NCBI GenBank assembly: GCA_049317445.1
Contig: JBMOIG010000004.1
Location: 5,182-69,181, forward strand
Source: Myxococcota bacterium
Lineage (GTDB): Bacteria; Myxococcota_A; UBA9042
DNA length: 64,000 nt
Direction: 5' to 3'
Part shown: positions 46,346 to 57,272 of the stretch, piece by piece
Layout: the number at the start of each line of letters is the position of its first letter
Numbering within the stretch: position 1 is the first letter of the stretch
Notes under the pieces: model-generated
Database searches by the model: none
What the model was told of the DNA's origin: nothing
What the model saw: the letters and a program-made list of their open reading frames with translations, nothing else
Made by a program: the position numbers and the translations under genes

Positions 46346-47521
46346 CTAGCGCAGGATGGAGATCCTGGCGAGATCGTTCGTCATGTTCTTGTGGTGCGCC
46401 TCATTGGTGCCGCCGCCGATCTCGAGCAACTTCGCGTCCCGCCACAGCCGCTCGACGTCGTACTCGCCGACATAGCCGTAACCCCCCAGCACCTGAATGG
46501 CGCGGTCAGCTACGTTCTTGGCCATCGCCGCGCAGTACAGCTTCACGCCGTCCGAGTCGATGCGGTTGCCGGTGCTGTGCAGGTCCAGCGCTGCGGCGGT
46601 TGCGTAGGCATACGAGCGTCCCGCCTTCCACTCCGCATACGACTCTGCGATGTGGCGCTGGATCTGCCCAAACGACCGCAGCGGCTGACCGAACGAGTGG
46701 CGCTCGCTGGCGTAGCGGTTCATCACCTCGACGCAACGGCGGGCGATGCCCAAGCTCATGGCGGCCAGGGTCAAGCGTTCGATCTCCAGGTTTCGCATCA
46801 TGTGCAGCGTCGACTCGCCCTCGGCCCCCAGCAGGTTGGCCACCGGAACCTGACAGTCCTCGAACACGAGCTCGGCCGTGCCGGACGCCCGCATCCCCAG
46901 CTTGTCCTTGATCTTCTGGCCCAGACGGAAGCCGGGCATCCCCTTCTCCACCAGAAAAGATGAGATGCCTCGATGGCCCGCAGAGGTGCGCGCGTAGATC
47001 AGGAAAACGTCGCCCAACGCGTGGTCGTCGATCGCGCCGTTGGTGATCCACATCTTCGCGCCGTTCAGCACGTACACGTCGCCCTTGCGCACCGCAGAGG
47101 TCGTCATCCCCAAGGCGTCGGTGCCGTACTGCGGCTCGCTCAGGCCCATGCCGGCGACCCACTGGCCCGAGATCACCTTGGGCAGCACACGCTTGCGCTG
47201 ATCGTCGTTCGCGTTCTGGAAGAAGTTGTGCACGAACAGCATCGAGTGGGCCAGGTACGCGAGCGTGAAGCCCGGGTCCACGGCCGCCAGCTCCTCGTGC
47301 GCGATGACGGCTGCCGTCGCGTCCATGCCGGCGCCACCCCACCGATCCGGCACCGTCAGGCCCAACAGCCCCAGATCGCCCGCCTTGCGGAACAGGCGCA
47401 GGTTGAAGCGCTCTTCGCGGTCGAATTGGGCGGCTTGCGGCTGCAGCTCGCGCTCGGCGAACTCGCGGACCATGGCCCGCAGCGCAACATGCTCTTCGGA
47501 GGGTTGAAACAGGTCGGACAT
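46346..47521 (-). CDS. Acyl-CoA dehydrogenase (isovaleryl-CoA dehydrogenase-like)
   Basis: Motifs LSEPQYGTD, NGAKMWITNG, KLGMRASGT, LGGYGY and EIGGGTNE. Confidence 0.92.
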   Translation of the reverse strand: MSDLFQPSEEHVALRAMVREFAERELQPQAAQFDREERFNLRLFRKAGDLGLLGLTVPDRWGGAGMDATAAVIAHEELAAVDPGFTLAYLAHSMLFVHNFFQNANDDQRKRVLPKVISGQWVAGMGLSEPQYGTDALGMTTSAVRKGDVYVLNGAKMWITNGAIDDHALGDVFLIYARTSAGHRGISSFLVEKGMPGFRLGQKIKDKLGMRASGTAELVFEDCQVPVANLLGAEGESTLHMMRNLEIERLTLAAMSLGIARRCVEVMNRYASERHSFGQPLRSFGQIQRHIAESYAEWKAGRSYAYATAAALDLHSTGNRIDSDGVKLYCAAMAKNVADRAIQVLGGYGYVGEYDVERLWRDAKLLEIGGGTNEAHHKNMTNDLARISILR

Positions 47522-47617
47522 GGGGGACCTCGGCCTTGCGAAAAGGTCAAACGGCTCTGCCGCCGGCCGGGGGGAAGCGGTGCGGGAGATCTCCTAGCAC
47601 GAAGCGGGGGTTGGCGG

Positions 47618-49042
47618 CTAGCGGTCGCGGCCTGAGAGGATCAGGGCCACGTGCTCGCCCGCCGACAGGCCGCCCTGCAGCGCCAGCAAGCCGCCAAGGC
47701 CAGCGGCGCCGGTCGCGCTGATCGTCACGCCGGTTGCGTCGCGGCTGAACGCGCGCGCGCGCACGATGGTCGGATCGTCGATCACGATCGGCCAGCCTCC
47801 GGTCCGCAACATCGCTTCGACCAGCACGCGCCAGTCATACGTCTCGTCGTCCAGAATGCCGTGGGCCACGCTGTGCGGCACTTCCTCCCAGGGCCACATG
47901 AAGTCGGAGCGATGGGTGCGCATCCGCTCCAGCACGCGGTCGGTGCAGGAGTTGTCGAAGTGCCTGTGCAGCCACGCTGCCCGCTGCGGTAGCGGGGCCG
48001 TCGTGCCCGGCAGCTTCTCGCCACAACCGCACTTGTCGACCTCCGCCTCGATGGCCGCTGCCGCCCTTTCCCAAGCGCGTGCAAGGGGATAGCAGCCGCG
48101 GGTTTGCACGGCGTGGATGCGGGGCAGCGCAGGCAGGGCGCCCACCGCAACCGCGTGCTCCAGACCCTGCACAATGGCGCTCATCAGCGCGCCGCCACCC
48201 ACCTGAACCAGCAGGCGGTCCAGTCGCGCGCCCTGCTCGTGTAGCTGTTCGACCAGCTCGTAGCCCAAGGTCTCGCCACCTTCGACGGTCAGACCGTTCT
48301 CGTTGCCCTGACAGCAGAACGGCAGCGCCCCTGCCACCACGGCCTCACGGAAGCGCAGCACGGTGGGGTCGCCCGCCTGACCGGGCTGGCGCGCACACAG
48401 CTCGACCGAGGCACCCAGCGTGGCCAGCCGGTCCAGCACGACGGCCTCGGCGTCCGGCGGCACGAACACCTGCAGCGGCCAGTCCGCCGCGCGTGCGACC
48501 ACTGCCGCTGCCAGGGCCGCGTTGCCACAGCTGGCGATAGCGAGCGGCTTGCGCCCGACGGTATCGCCCAACCGCTCCCGCACCAGCAGCGTCAGCATGA
48601 TCCCGAACAGATGCCGTGCCTTGTGCGACCCCGACACGCTCGTCGCATCGACCTTGCCGAACAGCCGACCGTCCGGGCCCAGATTCAGCAGGGCCTCGAC
48701 CTCGCCCAAACGCACCAGCGGGGTGCGCGTGAACGTGGCCTCGTCAACCTGGACGATGCGGGCGTCCAAGTCCTGAACCAGCTGAACGAATTCCGCGTCC
48801 GACAGCCCCCGCGCCCGCGCCACCGCGTAGCTGTACAGGCGATGGCGGTAGCGCAGGAACGGCTCGAATGTCCCCGCGTCGGTCCACAAGGAATCGCCAG
48901 GGATGGACGGAAGGGTTCGGAACAACAAGTGATCTGCGTCATCGCCTGCGTCGGCTTGGGCACAGCGAAACGGCAGAACGACGTCAGACCCGACCGGCTG
49001 TTGGCAGCCGGCGCAGGCGACGCGCACATCGAGGTGGCTCAT
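47618..49042 (-). CDS. PLP-dependent fold-type II enzyme, threonine-synthase-like
   Basis: N-terminal CxxC...RC. Motifs TPL, SGSHKARH (PLP lysine), IASCGNAA, VQVGGGAL and LILSG. Confidence 0.82.
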   Translation of the reverse strand: MSHLDVRVACAGCQQPVGSDVVLPFRCAQADAGDDADHLLFRTLPSIPGDSLWTDAGTFEPFLRYRHRLYSYAVARARGLSDAEFVQLVQDLDARIVQVDEATFTRTPLVRLGEVEALLNLGPDGRLFGKVDATSVSGSHKARHLFGIMLTLLVRERLGDTVGRKPLAIASCGNAALAAAVVARAADWPLQVFVPPDAEAVVLDRLATLGASVELCARQPGQAGDPTVLRFREAVVAGALPFCCQGNENGLTVEGGETLGYELVEQLHEQGARLDRLLVQVGGGALMSAIVQGLEHAVAVGALPALPRIHAVQTRGCYPLARAWERAAAAIEAEVDKCGCGEKLPGTTAPLPQRAAWLHRHFDNSCTDRVLERMRTHRSDFMWPWEEVPHSVAHGILDDETYDWRVLVEAMLRTGGWPIVIDDPTIVRARAFSRDATGVTISATGAAGLGGLLALQGGLSAGEHVALILSGRDR

Positions 49043-49067
49043 GGTGCATTTCCCTGTCGGGTGAGGA

Positions 49068-50558
49068 TCAGAGTACGCCTGACTCGGCGTTGAACTCGTT
49101 GATCAGGCGGTCCCACTCGGGGACGACCTTGCGCAGGTCGCGCCAGAACTTCTGGTCCCGGCGGGCGATGAACTCGGGCAGCGAGACGCCCTGCTGCTCG
49201 ACCCAGGTGAAGTAGCCGAGGTTGAAGATGCGCTCACGGTCCTCGCGCGTCAGCTCCTGCAGCCAGTCGACGCCCTGACCCAGCATGTACTGGCCGAACA
49301 CCTGGCCCGCGTCGACGTCGTCGAAGCGGTTGTGGAAGCGCTGCTCGAGGATCTTCTGCTTCTCGGTCGAGTACATGGCCGAGCCGTCGGTGGCCACCGT
49401 GATCAGCGCCTGGTCCGGGCCGAGATCGTAGTACTTGGCGACCTTGATCGCGGCCAGCACGTTGGCGATGCCCGAGAAACCGAACGATGGCAGGGCGGCG
49501 AGGATCTCGGCGGGCACGCCGCGGCGCTGGGCCAGGTACTTGCGGCCCACGTCGGTATTGAACAGGTAGAACAGGCTGTCCGACGCGGCATCCGACACGC
49601 CGACCGCGAAGTCGGTGTTGAAGACGTTGTGGACGTACGGCACGTGCTTGTCGCCGATGCCCTGGATGTTGTGGGCGCCGAAGCCGTTCTTCAGCAGTGT
49701 GGGGCACTCGGCGGCTTCGACGGCGACGATGCGCGCGCCGTAGTCGTCCTTCAAACGGTCACCGGCAGACAGGGTGCCCGCCGAGCCGGTCGCCGATACG
49801 TAAGCGAACAACTCGAGGCCGGGGTGGCTGTTGCGCACGTCCTCGTAGATGTGACCCAGCGCCTTGCCGGTGGCGGTGTAATGCACCAGCACGTTACCGA
49901 ACTCGCAGAACTGATTGAAGATCACGTTCTCAGGCTGCGCGTCCAGTTCGGCACATTTGTCGTAGATCTCCTTGACGTTGCTCTCGCTGCCGAAGGTCTT
50001 GATGACGTCTTCGGGCTGCGAAACCCAGCGATCCAGCCAGGCAAAGCGCTCCTTGCTCATCTCTTCGGGCAGGATCGCGACGCCGCGGCAGCCCATGATG
50101 CGCGACACGGCCACACCGCCGCGGCAGTAGTTGCCCGTCGACGGCCAGATAGCGAGGTTGTGGGTGGGGTCGAACTGGCCGGTCACCAGCCGGGGCGCCA
50201 GACAACCGTACGCCGCAAGGACCTTGTGGGCCTCGATCATCGGAAAGCGCTCGCCCAGGGCGACCAGAATCGGGGCCTTCACGCCGGTCAGCGACGGTGG
50301 CAGCACCACGTAACCCGGCACATCGGCAAGGCTTTTGCGATCCGCGCTGTTGTACCAGTGGATGCGGAACAGGTTCAGGGGGTGCGCCGCATCGGGCTCG
50401 ATCTTGGCCAACTGCTCACGGATGCGGGCGGGAATGGTCGAGGGGTTCTCGAGCTGAGCGAACGTCGGCAGGGCGATGCCCTTGTCGCGGAAACGCTGCA
50501 CGGTCCGCTTGTGGACGCCCTGGTCGACGATGTGGGATTCGAGTCCAAGCTTTGCCAT
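49068..50558 (-). CDS. PLP-dependent fold-type II enzyme (cysteine synthase/TrpB-like, long form)
   Basis: Motifs [27 protein letters not shown] and [10 protein letters not shown]. Confidence 0.85.
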   Translation of the reverse strand: MAKLGLESHIVDQGVHKRTVQRFRDKGIALPTFAQLENPSTIPARIREQLAKIEPDAAHPLNLFRIHWYNSADRKSLADVPGYVVLPPSLTGVKAPILVALGERFPMIEAHKVLAAYGCLAPRLVTGQFDPTHNLAIWPSTGNYCRGGVAVSRIMGCRGVAILPEEMSKERFAWLDRWVSQPEDVIKTFGSESNVKEIYDKCAELDAQPENVIFNQFCEFGNVLVHYTATGKALGHIYEDVRNSHPGLELFAYVSATGSAGTLSAGDRLKDDYGARIVAVEAAECPTLLKNGFGAHNIQGIGDKHVPYVHNVFNTDFAVGVSDAASDSLFYLFNTDVGRKYLAQRRGVPAEILAALPSFGFSGIANVLAAIKVAKYYDLGPDQALITVATDGSAMYSTEKQKILEQRFHNRFDDVDAGQVFGQYMLGQGVDWLQELTREDRERIFNLGYFTWVEQQGVSLPEFIARRDQKFWRDLRKVVPEWDRLINEFNAESGVL

Positions 50559-50625
50559 GAAATGCCTCTAGTGGGGGGTGGCGATTGCCAACGGGGCGCC
50601 TGCCTACACGCGGTGGGCGTCTGCG

Positions 50626-51780
50626 TCAACTCTGCGAGGGGTCACGTTCCAGATCTTCCTTGCGCGGCACCGGCGAGCCGGTGGCCGGGGTCTCGTCGTT
50701 TGCACGAACCCGCTTCACACCGTCCACGGGGGTCTTGGCGAACGGGCGCACCATGCGAAGGGTTGGCTCCACCGACGTGGGCGTCGGCGGGGCGGGGGCG
50801 CTGTCCGGCAGCTGCAGCGGCTGGCTGCTTGGGCGCGGTGGGGCGATATCGGTGCGGGCAAAGCCCCAGTTCGGTTGCCGCGGCCTCACATCGGGGGACG
50901 TGCCTGTCATCGTGTCGCCGAACGCGGACTTGCGGACATCGAAGCCAGGACTGGTGTCGCCGAAACTGGCCTTGTAAGGCTCAGTCTTGCGGCGATGCGA
51001 GGCGACGGGAACGTGGACGATGATGCGAGCAAGCAGGACCGAGACGTTGTCTTTGCCCCCGGCCTCCAGCGCCAGTCGAATCAGCTCGTCAGCACCTTCC
51101 TGCAACACCTCAGAGCGGTCGCGGAGCACCTCGGCGATCTGCTCGTCGCCCACCATGTCCGTCAGGCCGTCCGTGCATAGCAGGTACAGGTCGCCGGCCC
51201 GGTAGGGGATCGACTGCACCTCAGGCTCCACCGTCTCGTGCAGTCCAACTGCGCGCACGATCACGTTCTTGCCTTGGAACGTGCTGATCTGCTCCGCCGT
51301 CATCGCGCGCGTTCGCAGGTAGTGGTTCAGCAGGCTGTGGTCGTCGGTGACCTGCTCCAGCTCGCGGTCGCGCATCCGGTAGATGCGACTGTCCCCGACG
51401 TGGACGACACCCAGCGCGTCGGTGCCAGCCAGCAGGCTCACGATCGTCGTACCCATGCCCTTGTGGGCCGGGTGGCCCAGCGAATGGACGTAGACCTCGA
51501 GGTTGGCCTGACGCACGGCAGCGTCCAGCGTCCGCGCTTCTTCTGTGGGCATGTGGCGCGAGGCGACCGGCCACTCGAAATCGGGGCGATGCCGGTCCAA
51601 GGCGACAAAGCGCACCATCGCGTCGGCCGCGATCTGGCTCGCCACTTCACCAGAGGCGTGTCCACCCATGCCGTCGCAGACCAGAAAAAGGCCGGCGTCC
51701 GGGGCCAGGCGGAACGTGTCCTCGTTGTTCTTGCGCACGCAGCCGACGTTGGTCGCGCCATGTGCGAGGACCTTGTACAT
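50626..51780 (-). CDS. Stp1/IreP-family PP2C Ser/Thr phosphatase with a Pro/Thr-rich C-terminal tail
   Basis: Motifs RKNNED, VCDGMGGH, GMGTT, HVGDSR, LCTDGL and GGKDNVS. Confidence 0.93.
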   Translation of the reverse strand: MYKVLAHGATNVGCVRKNNEDTFRLAPDAGLFLVCDGMGGHASGEVASQIAADAMVRFVALDRHRPDFEWPVASRHMPTEEARTLDAAVRQANLEVYVHSLGHPAHKGMGTTIVSLLAGTDALGVVHVGDSRIYRMRDRELEQVTDDHSLLNHYLRTRAMTAEQISTFQGKNVIVRAVGLHETVEPEVQSIPYRAGDLYLLCTDGLTDMVGDEQIAEVLRDRSEVLQEGADELIRLALEAGGKDNVSVLLARIIVHVPVASHRRKTEPYKASFGDTSPGFDVRKSAFGDTMTGTSPDVRPRQPNWGFARTDIAPPRPSSQPLQLPDSAPAPPTPTSVEPTLRMVRPFAKTPVDGVKRVRANDETPATGSPVPRKEDLERDPSQS

Positions 51781-51807
51781 CGCTCGATCTTCCTCGCGGG
51801 GGCTCGC

Positions 51808-52713
51808 CTAGGCGAGCAGGCCCAGGGCCTTCATGTCCTTGCGCAGCTGTTCAGTCGTCGCAGGCAGGGCGGTCAGCAGGGGCAGCCGCGTCACCGGCTC
51901 CATCAGCCCCAACAGGTGCATCGCCATCTTGGCGGGCTGCGGATTGGGCTCCGAAAACAGGGTTTTGATAAAGCCGTGCAGGGCCACCTGGCCGCGTCCC
52001 GCCTCTGCCGTTCGACCGGCGCGGAACAGGCGGTACAGGGCCGTCGTCAGGGTCGGCGCCGGGTTCGACGCGACTGAGATCGCGCCACGGCCGCCCACCG
52101 AGTAGATCGGCACGTTCAGGCCGTCCTCTCCCGACACGACGCCAAAGTCCTCGCGGCCCAAGGCGGCCACCCGCCCCACGATTTCCTGCACCTGATCGAG
52201 CGAGCCCGAGGCCTCCTTGACGCCCACGAACCGCGGATCCTTGGCCAGCTCGGCAGCGGTGGCCGGCAGCAGGTTGCAGCCCGTACGGCCCGGGACATTG
52301 TAAAGGATGATTGGGGTCTTCACGGCGTCGGCGACCGCGCGGAAGTGCGCCAGCAGGCCCGCCTGGGTCGGCTTGTTGTAGTACGGCGTCACCACCAGCA
52401 GGGCATCGACGCCCAGCGACTCGGCCAGGCGCGCATTGGCGATCGTCTTGGCCGTGCTGTTCGAGCCCGCACCCGCGACGACCGGAACGCGACCGTGCGC
52501 CAGCTTGACCACGCCGCCGACCACCAGAGCGTACTCCTCGTCCGACAGCGTCACCGCCTCACCCGTGGTGCCGCACGCGACCAAACCCTCGATGCCGCCT
52601 GCGATTTGCTGCTCAACCAGACGCGCCAAGGCCGGCAAGTCCAGACTGCGGTCCGCGTCGTCCCGCATCGGGGTGACGAGCGCGGTCATCGTGCCTTCGA
52701 GTCGAAAGGTCAT
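51808..52713 (-). CDS. dapA: 4-hydroxy-tetrahydrodipicolinate synthase
   Basis: Motifs ALVTP, CGTTGE, PYYNKP, LYNVPGRTG and GVKEAS. Confidence 0.95.
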   Translation of the reverse strand: MTFRLEGTMTALVTPMRDDADRSLDLPALARLVEQQIAGGIEGLVACGTTGEAVTLSDEEYALVVGGVVKLAHGRVPVVAGAGSNSTAKTIANARLAESLGVDALLVVTPYYNKPTQAGLLAHFRAVADAVKTPIILYNVPGRTGCNLLPATAAELAKDPRFVGVKEASGSLDQVQEIVGRVAALGREDFGVVSGEDGLNVPIYSVGGRGAISVASNPAPTLTTALYRLFRAGRTAEAGRGQVALHGFIKTLFSEPNPQPAKMAMHLLGLMEPVTRLPLLTALPATTEQLRKDMKALGLLA

Positions 52714-52794
52714 GGGGGCAGGCTCCTGAGCGTGGTGACCCGGCTGCATACCGGAGGGGGAGAGAGGACAACAGAGAATCCGTGGATTCGCAAG

Positions 52795-53421
52795 TCAGCG
52801 ACCGCGGTTCGTGGGGGCGGCCGGGCTGGGGCGGGCGCGAGCGGCCTCGCGGTCCTCGATACGCTGCAGGCTGGCCATCACGGCATCGCGCACGGTGGCA
52901 TCCTTTTCGCGGTCCACGTGGTCCATCAGGATCTCTCGCACCCGCAGGTCGTCGATGTCGCCCAGAGCCAACGCGGCGGCCTCGCGCACCAGCGGATTGC
53001 GGCTCTCGAGATGCTCGCGCACCACTGGAAGCACCTCGACACCAAACGCGGCAGAGAGGGCGCGCAGGCAGATCCGCTTCTCCGTCACACGCGCATCGCG
53101 GGCCCGCAGGATGTCGAGCAGCACGGCGCGGGTCTGCGGGGTCGGGAAGTGCTGCAGCCACGCCATCGCGCGCAACCGGACTGGAGGTTCGGCAGTGGTC
53201 GAGGTGGCGAATTCTACAAGGATTGTGTTGACGTCCGGACCGATGCGCTGCAGGTGGCGCGCCTCGACCTTCGGGTGTGGCGCCTGCAGCAGGGCCAGCA
53301 CTGCGCCGGTCTGCGCCGAGCGCGACGGAGGCGGTTCGATGGACGGGGCTTGGGCGAATGCCGTCCCCAGCCACGCCACGCAACACACCACAACGGCGGG
53401 AATCAGAAGCTTGCGGTTCAT
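52795..53421 (-). CDS. Exported HEAT-repeat protein
   Basis: Signal peptide ending AFA. Repeats VRLRAMAWL, VREAAALALG and VRDAVMASL. ATGA overlap with the M16 gene. Confidence 0.8.
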   Translation of the reverse strand: MNRKLLIPAVVVCCVAWLGTAFAQAPSIEPPPSRSAQTGAVLALLQAPHPKVEARHLQRIGPDVNTILVEFATSTTAEPPVRLRAMAWLQHFPTPQTRAVLLDILRARDARVTEKRICLRALSAAFGVEVLPVVREHLESRNPLVREAAALALGDIDDLRVREILMDHVDREKDATVRDAVMASLQRIEDREAARARPSPAAPTNRGR

Positions 53422-56411
53422 GGGCTCTTCCTGGGCGGCAGCTTCGGCGCGGGGGGCGCGGCGGGGCGACTGGGGGCGGGGACGATGTGTCCACGTGCGT
53501 CGTGATGAACAACCTTGGGGCACGCCGCATTCAGATCGGCGCCCATTTCGCTGATCGGTCCGACGATCACAGCCGTTTCCGGGCCCTGACCCAGATGGTC
53601 GCGTGTCGCCGCCAGCACCCGCTCCGGCGTCGCTGCTCGCAGCGTTTCCGGCAGGCGGGTCCAAGCGTCTGGCGGCAGATCATACAGAGGAATCGCCGCG
53701 AGTCGATCCGCGACTTCGTCACCCGCCGCAAGGGCAAACGCAAACTGTCCCCCAAGGTACCGCCGGGCTGCCAGCACCTCGTCCGGAGACGCCGCGACTT
53801 CGCGCGCCCGACGCACCTCTGCGCGAATCGCTGCCAGCGCCTCTCCCGCAGAGTCTGGCCGCACCGAACCCGTTACTGACCACTCGCCCGCGTGGCGACG
53901 TCCTGACCAGCTGCTGTAGATGCCGTACGAGAGGCCGCGTTTCTCCCGCAGTTCCTGAAACAGGCGCGACGAGGCCGATCCGCCCAAAACCTGATTGGCC
54001 ACGGCGATGTCCACCCGATTCTGCACCTGACGCGGCGGCGCCGGCCACGCGATCACCAGCGCCGCCTGACCCGCGTCGGCCACGTCGACCACATGGCACG
54101 CGGCGGCTTCGGCGACTGGGGGCGGTGGTGCAGGGGGCACGGGCACCGTTCGATCGAGCGCCTTGCCGAATGCACGCTGCAGCTGCGCGGCCAGATCCGC
54201 GGCGTCGACGTCGCCCACCACGACCAGCGTGCTGCCGCTCAGAGACAGCGCATCCAGTGTCGCCGCGCGGACTTGCGCTGATCCGATGGCCGCCAGTGAG
54301 TCTAGCGTCGGACCCGACGAACCGTAGGGGTGCGGCGCACCGGCCGTCGTGACACCGAACACCAGCCGCTGCGCCAGCTTGTCCGCGACGGTGGCCGGGT
54401 CGGCCTCGTCATTCTCCAGCGACGCGTGATAACGCTGCTTCAGGCTTGCGAGATCCTTTGCGGCAAGCGTCGGCTCCGTCAGCACTTCGCGCAGCAGCTC
54501 CAGATAGGGCGTCAGCTGATGGCTCAGCACCTGCCCGTCGACGACGACCGCGTCGGCCAGCGCCGTCAGCGAGATCGCGCCACCGTGGGCCCCCAGCGTC
54601 TCGGCAAACCGGGTCCCGGGGTGGCTGCGCGTACCCTGCAGCGCCAGATCGGCAGCCAGCTCCAGCGTGCCCTCCGGCCATCGCAACTTGCCGTCCTTGC
54701 CCGCGAACTCCCGGGTCTTCCCGCCCGGCAACACCCAGCGCACGAACACCGCCGGCGCTTGGTGGCGCGGCACGATCACCAACCGCACCCCGGCCACTTG
54801 TTGAACGACGGGCGTGGGAAAGGTCGCGTCAGCGAGGTCGGCCACCGTCGGTCTGGGTGCATCCACGGGCGGAATCCGCGCAGGTACTTGCTCTTGCCGA
54901 TGTTCGGCGGCGCGTCGTGTGGCCAGATCACGGGCGAGGATCTCGCTCAGGGCGGCCGACGGAGGCGGCGGCGGTGCCATGCGCGGCACGACGGCTCCTT
55001 GCGGCGTCGGGAAACCTTGAGGCAGCGCCTGCACTTCCACACCAAGGTCCCAGTCCAGCAGGTCACGCGCGACCCGCTGCACGTCGGCCGCCGACACCGA
55101 GCGGTAGCGTCGCAGCACTTGGCCCAACGCATGGGCGTCGCCGGTCGTCAGCTCAAAGGTCGCCAGCAGCTCTGCCCGCCGCCCCACGCCCAACGACGCG
55201 AAGACATAGCCGGTCTCGAAGGCCACCTTGGCGCGGTCGAGCTCAGCGGCGGTCGGCCCACGAAGCGCCAGATCCTCGAGTTCCCTGCGAATCCGCTGCC
55301 GGACCTCGGCCAGCGCCTTGGGCCTCGCGTCTGCCAGCTCGACGTAGATCTGGAACAGGTCCAAGTCGCGCCGACCATGGGTGGTTGCATAGTAGCGTGT
55401 CGCAAGGGGTTTCTCGCGCACCAGCCGCTTCTCCAGTCGACTTGCGTCACTGCCCGCCAGCAGCTCGGCCAGCAGGTCCAGCACCAGCGCGTCGTCGTGC
55501 GGATACGCCGGCACCCGCCAGCCCAAGTGCAGGGCGGGGGTCTTGCCCAGCTTCTCCTCATGGACGCTCACGACATGCGTGCGCGTCGGCGCCGACGGCA
55601 GGTAGACCGCAGCGGGAGTCAGGTCCTTGGGCAGCGGCGGCCGGTTGACCGTCGCACGATTCGGCAGCAGTCCCAAGGTCTTGCCCAACAGGGACTTCGC
55701 CTCGTCGACGGTGATGTCGCCCGCCAGCACGCAGATCACGTTGTTGGGCGAGTACCACCGCTCCCAGAAGGCCTGAAACGCCTCGACGGGCGCGCGCTCC
55801 AGATCCTGCGGCTCGCCAATGACGGGGTGCCCTTGCGCCCACGACGTGAAGGCCAGGCGCTCCAGCGTCTCCTGCGAGGCGGCGTAGGGCGTGTTCTCGT
55901 TGCGCTCCTTGCGCTCCTCCAGCACCGTCGCCCGCTGGTTGTCGACGTTGGCGGGGTCAATCTGCAGGGCGGCGAAGCGGTCGGCCTCGAGCCACAACGC
56001 CAGCTCCAGCGCGGGCTTGGGCACCACCTCGTAGTACCAGGTGCGGTCGGTCGAGGTCGAAGCATTCAGGTCGGCGCCGACGGCCTCCAGCGCGGTGAAG
56101 TGCTCCATCTTCGCGACCCGTCGCGACCCTTGGAACATCATGTGCTCGAAGAAATGCGCAAGTCCGGACAATCCGGGCGTTTCGTCGCGGGCGCCCACGT
56201 CGACCATCAGGCCAAGCGCGACCACGGGTGCCGACCGGTCGGTCTGCACGACGACGCGCATACCGTTGTCCAGCGTGAAGCGGTCGAGGGCCAGCGGCGG
56301 GGGCAGTGGCCAGACGGCGGGCGCGGCCGGGGCTGAGATGCCGAGCAGCAGGACGCACAAACCCGCAGCGGCCGAGGCGGTGGTCAAGTGGCGAAGGCCT
56401 TGAATCTGCAA
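53418..56411 (-). CDS. M16 family (pitrilysin-like) zinc protease, fused active and inactive halves
   Basis: GLAHFFEHMMFQGS, and C-terminal SSRLFQELREKRGLSYG. Confidence 0.92.
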   Translation of the reverse strand: MQIQGLRHLTTASAAAGLCVLLLGISAPAAPAVWPLPPPLALDRFTLDNGMRVVVQTDRSAPVVALGLMVDVGARDETPGLSGLAHFFEHMMFQGSRRVAKMEHFTALEAVGADLNASTSTDRTWYYEVVPKPALELALWLEADRFAALQIDPANVDNQRATVLEERKERNENTPYAASQETLERLAFTSWAQGHPVIGEPQDLERAPVEAFQAFWERWYSPNNVICVLAGDITVDEAKSLLGKTLGLLPNRATVNRPPLPKDLTPAAVYLPSAPTRTHVVSVHEEKLGKTPALHLGWRVPAYPHDDALVLDLLAELLAGSDASRLEKRLVREKPLATRYYATTHGRRDLDLFQIYVELADARPKALAEVRQRIRRELEDLALRGPTAAELDRAKVAFETGYVFASLGVGRRAELLATFELTTGDAHALGQVLRRYRSVSAADVQRVARDLLDWDLGVEVQALPQGFPTPQGAVVPRMAPPPPPSAALSEILARDLATRRAAEHRQEQVPARIPPVDAPRPTVADLADATFPTPVVQQVAGVRLVIVPRHQAPAVFVRWVLPGGKTREFAGKDGKLRWPEGTLELAADLALQGTRSHPGTRFAETLGAHGGAISLTALADAVVVDGQVLSHQLTPYLELLREVLTEPTLAAKDLASLKQRYHASLENDEADPATVADKLAQRLVFGVTTAGAPHPYGSSGPTLDSLAAIGSAQVRAATLDALSLSGSTLVVVGDVDAADLAAQLQRAFGKALDRTVPVPPAPPPPVAEAAACHVVDVADAGQAALVIAWPAPPRQVQNRVDIAVANQVLGGSASSRLFQELREKRGLSYGIYSSWSGRRHAGEWSVTGSVRPDSAGEALAAIRAEVRRAREVAASPDEVLAARRYLGGQFAFALAAGDEVADRLAAIPLYDLPPDAWTRLPETLRAATPERVLAATRDHLGQGPETAVIVGPISEMGADLNAACPKVVHHDARGHIVPAPSRPAAPPAPKLPPRKSP

Positions 56412-56577
56412 GGGTTGCGTCCTCTGGCCGGATGCGGTCGGCGTCGAGGCGGCAGCGTAGGTGGTGAGGCAGGGGAAGTCCAGTCAACCGCCGCGGTCCT
56501 GCAGTCCTTCGGGCCGGCAGGCAGGCGCAAGTGGCGGTGCGAGGGCAACGAGATGACTTTCCCGACGACACCAGTGG

Positions 56578-57165
56578 CTACAGGGCCTTGGGCACCAACA
56601 CGCCATCGACGACGTGCACGACGCCGTTGCTGGCGGGCACTGAGGCCACGATCTTGGCGCCATCGACCGTGACGACGCCGTCCTTGACCGCGACCGTGAC
56701 CTTGCTTCCGTCGGCCATCAGCAGCACTTCGCCATCCTTGAACTCGCCAATCTGGCGCACCGGGACCATCGTATGGTGCTTCAGGACCCCTTGCAGGGCC
56801 GACTTGCTCTCCGGCTTCAGCAGGCCCTCGACGGTGCCCGCCGGCAGCTTGGCGAAGGCGTCGTTGGTCGGTGCGAAGACGGTGTATGCGCCGCCAGGGC
56901 TTGCCAGAACTCCCAGCAGGTCGGCTGCCTTGACCGCAGCCACCAACGTCGTGTGGTCCTTGGAGGCGGCCGCGATACCTGCCACCGTTTTGCCGAAGTC
57001 CGGGCGGCTCTCGGGGCCAGGGGCGGGCGCAACCGCGGCAGCCTCCTCAGCTTGCGCCTCGACCTTGGCCGACTCAGTGGCAGTCGCTGCGGGAAGCGGC
57101 TCCTGCTTGCCGCACGCCACGACGCCCATCAGTGCCACGACACATCCCATTCGCTTCCAGTTCAT
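56578..57165 (-). CDS. Fasciclin (FAS1) domain lipoprotein
   Basis: Lipobox VVAC. Motifs YTVFAPTNDAF and ASNGVVHVVDGVL. Confidence 0.92.
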   Translation of the reverse strand: MNWKRMGCVVALMGVVACGKQEPLPAATATESAKVEAQAEEAAAVAPAPGPESRPDFGKTVAGIAAASKDHTTLVAAVKAADLLGVLASPGGAYTVFAPTNDAFAKLPAGTVEGLLKPESKSALQGVLKHHTMVPVRQIGEFKDGEVLLMADGSKVTVAVKDGVVTVDGAKIVASVPASNGVVHVVDGVLVPKAL

Positions 57166-57272
57166 CGTCTTGCTTCCCCCGGGGCCCTCTGGTGAGAACC
57201 TCTTGTCCCTAGCCCGCTTCGCAAGTGTCGCCCCCCTGGACGGCACGTTCCCTTGGCCACACGTCGGTGGTG

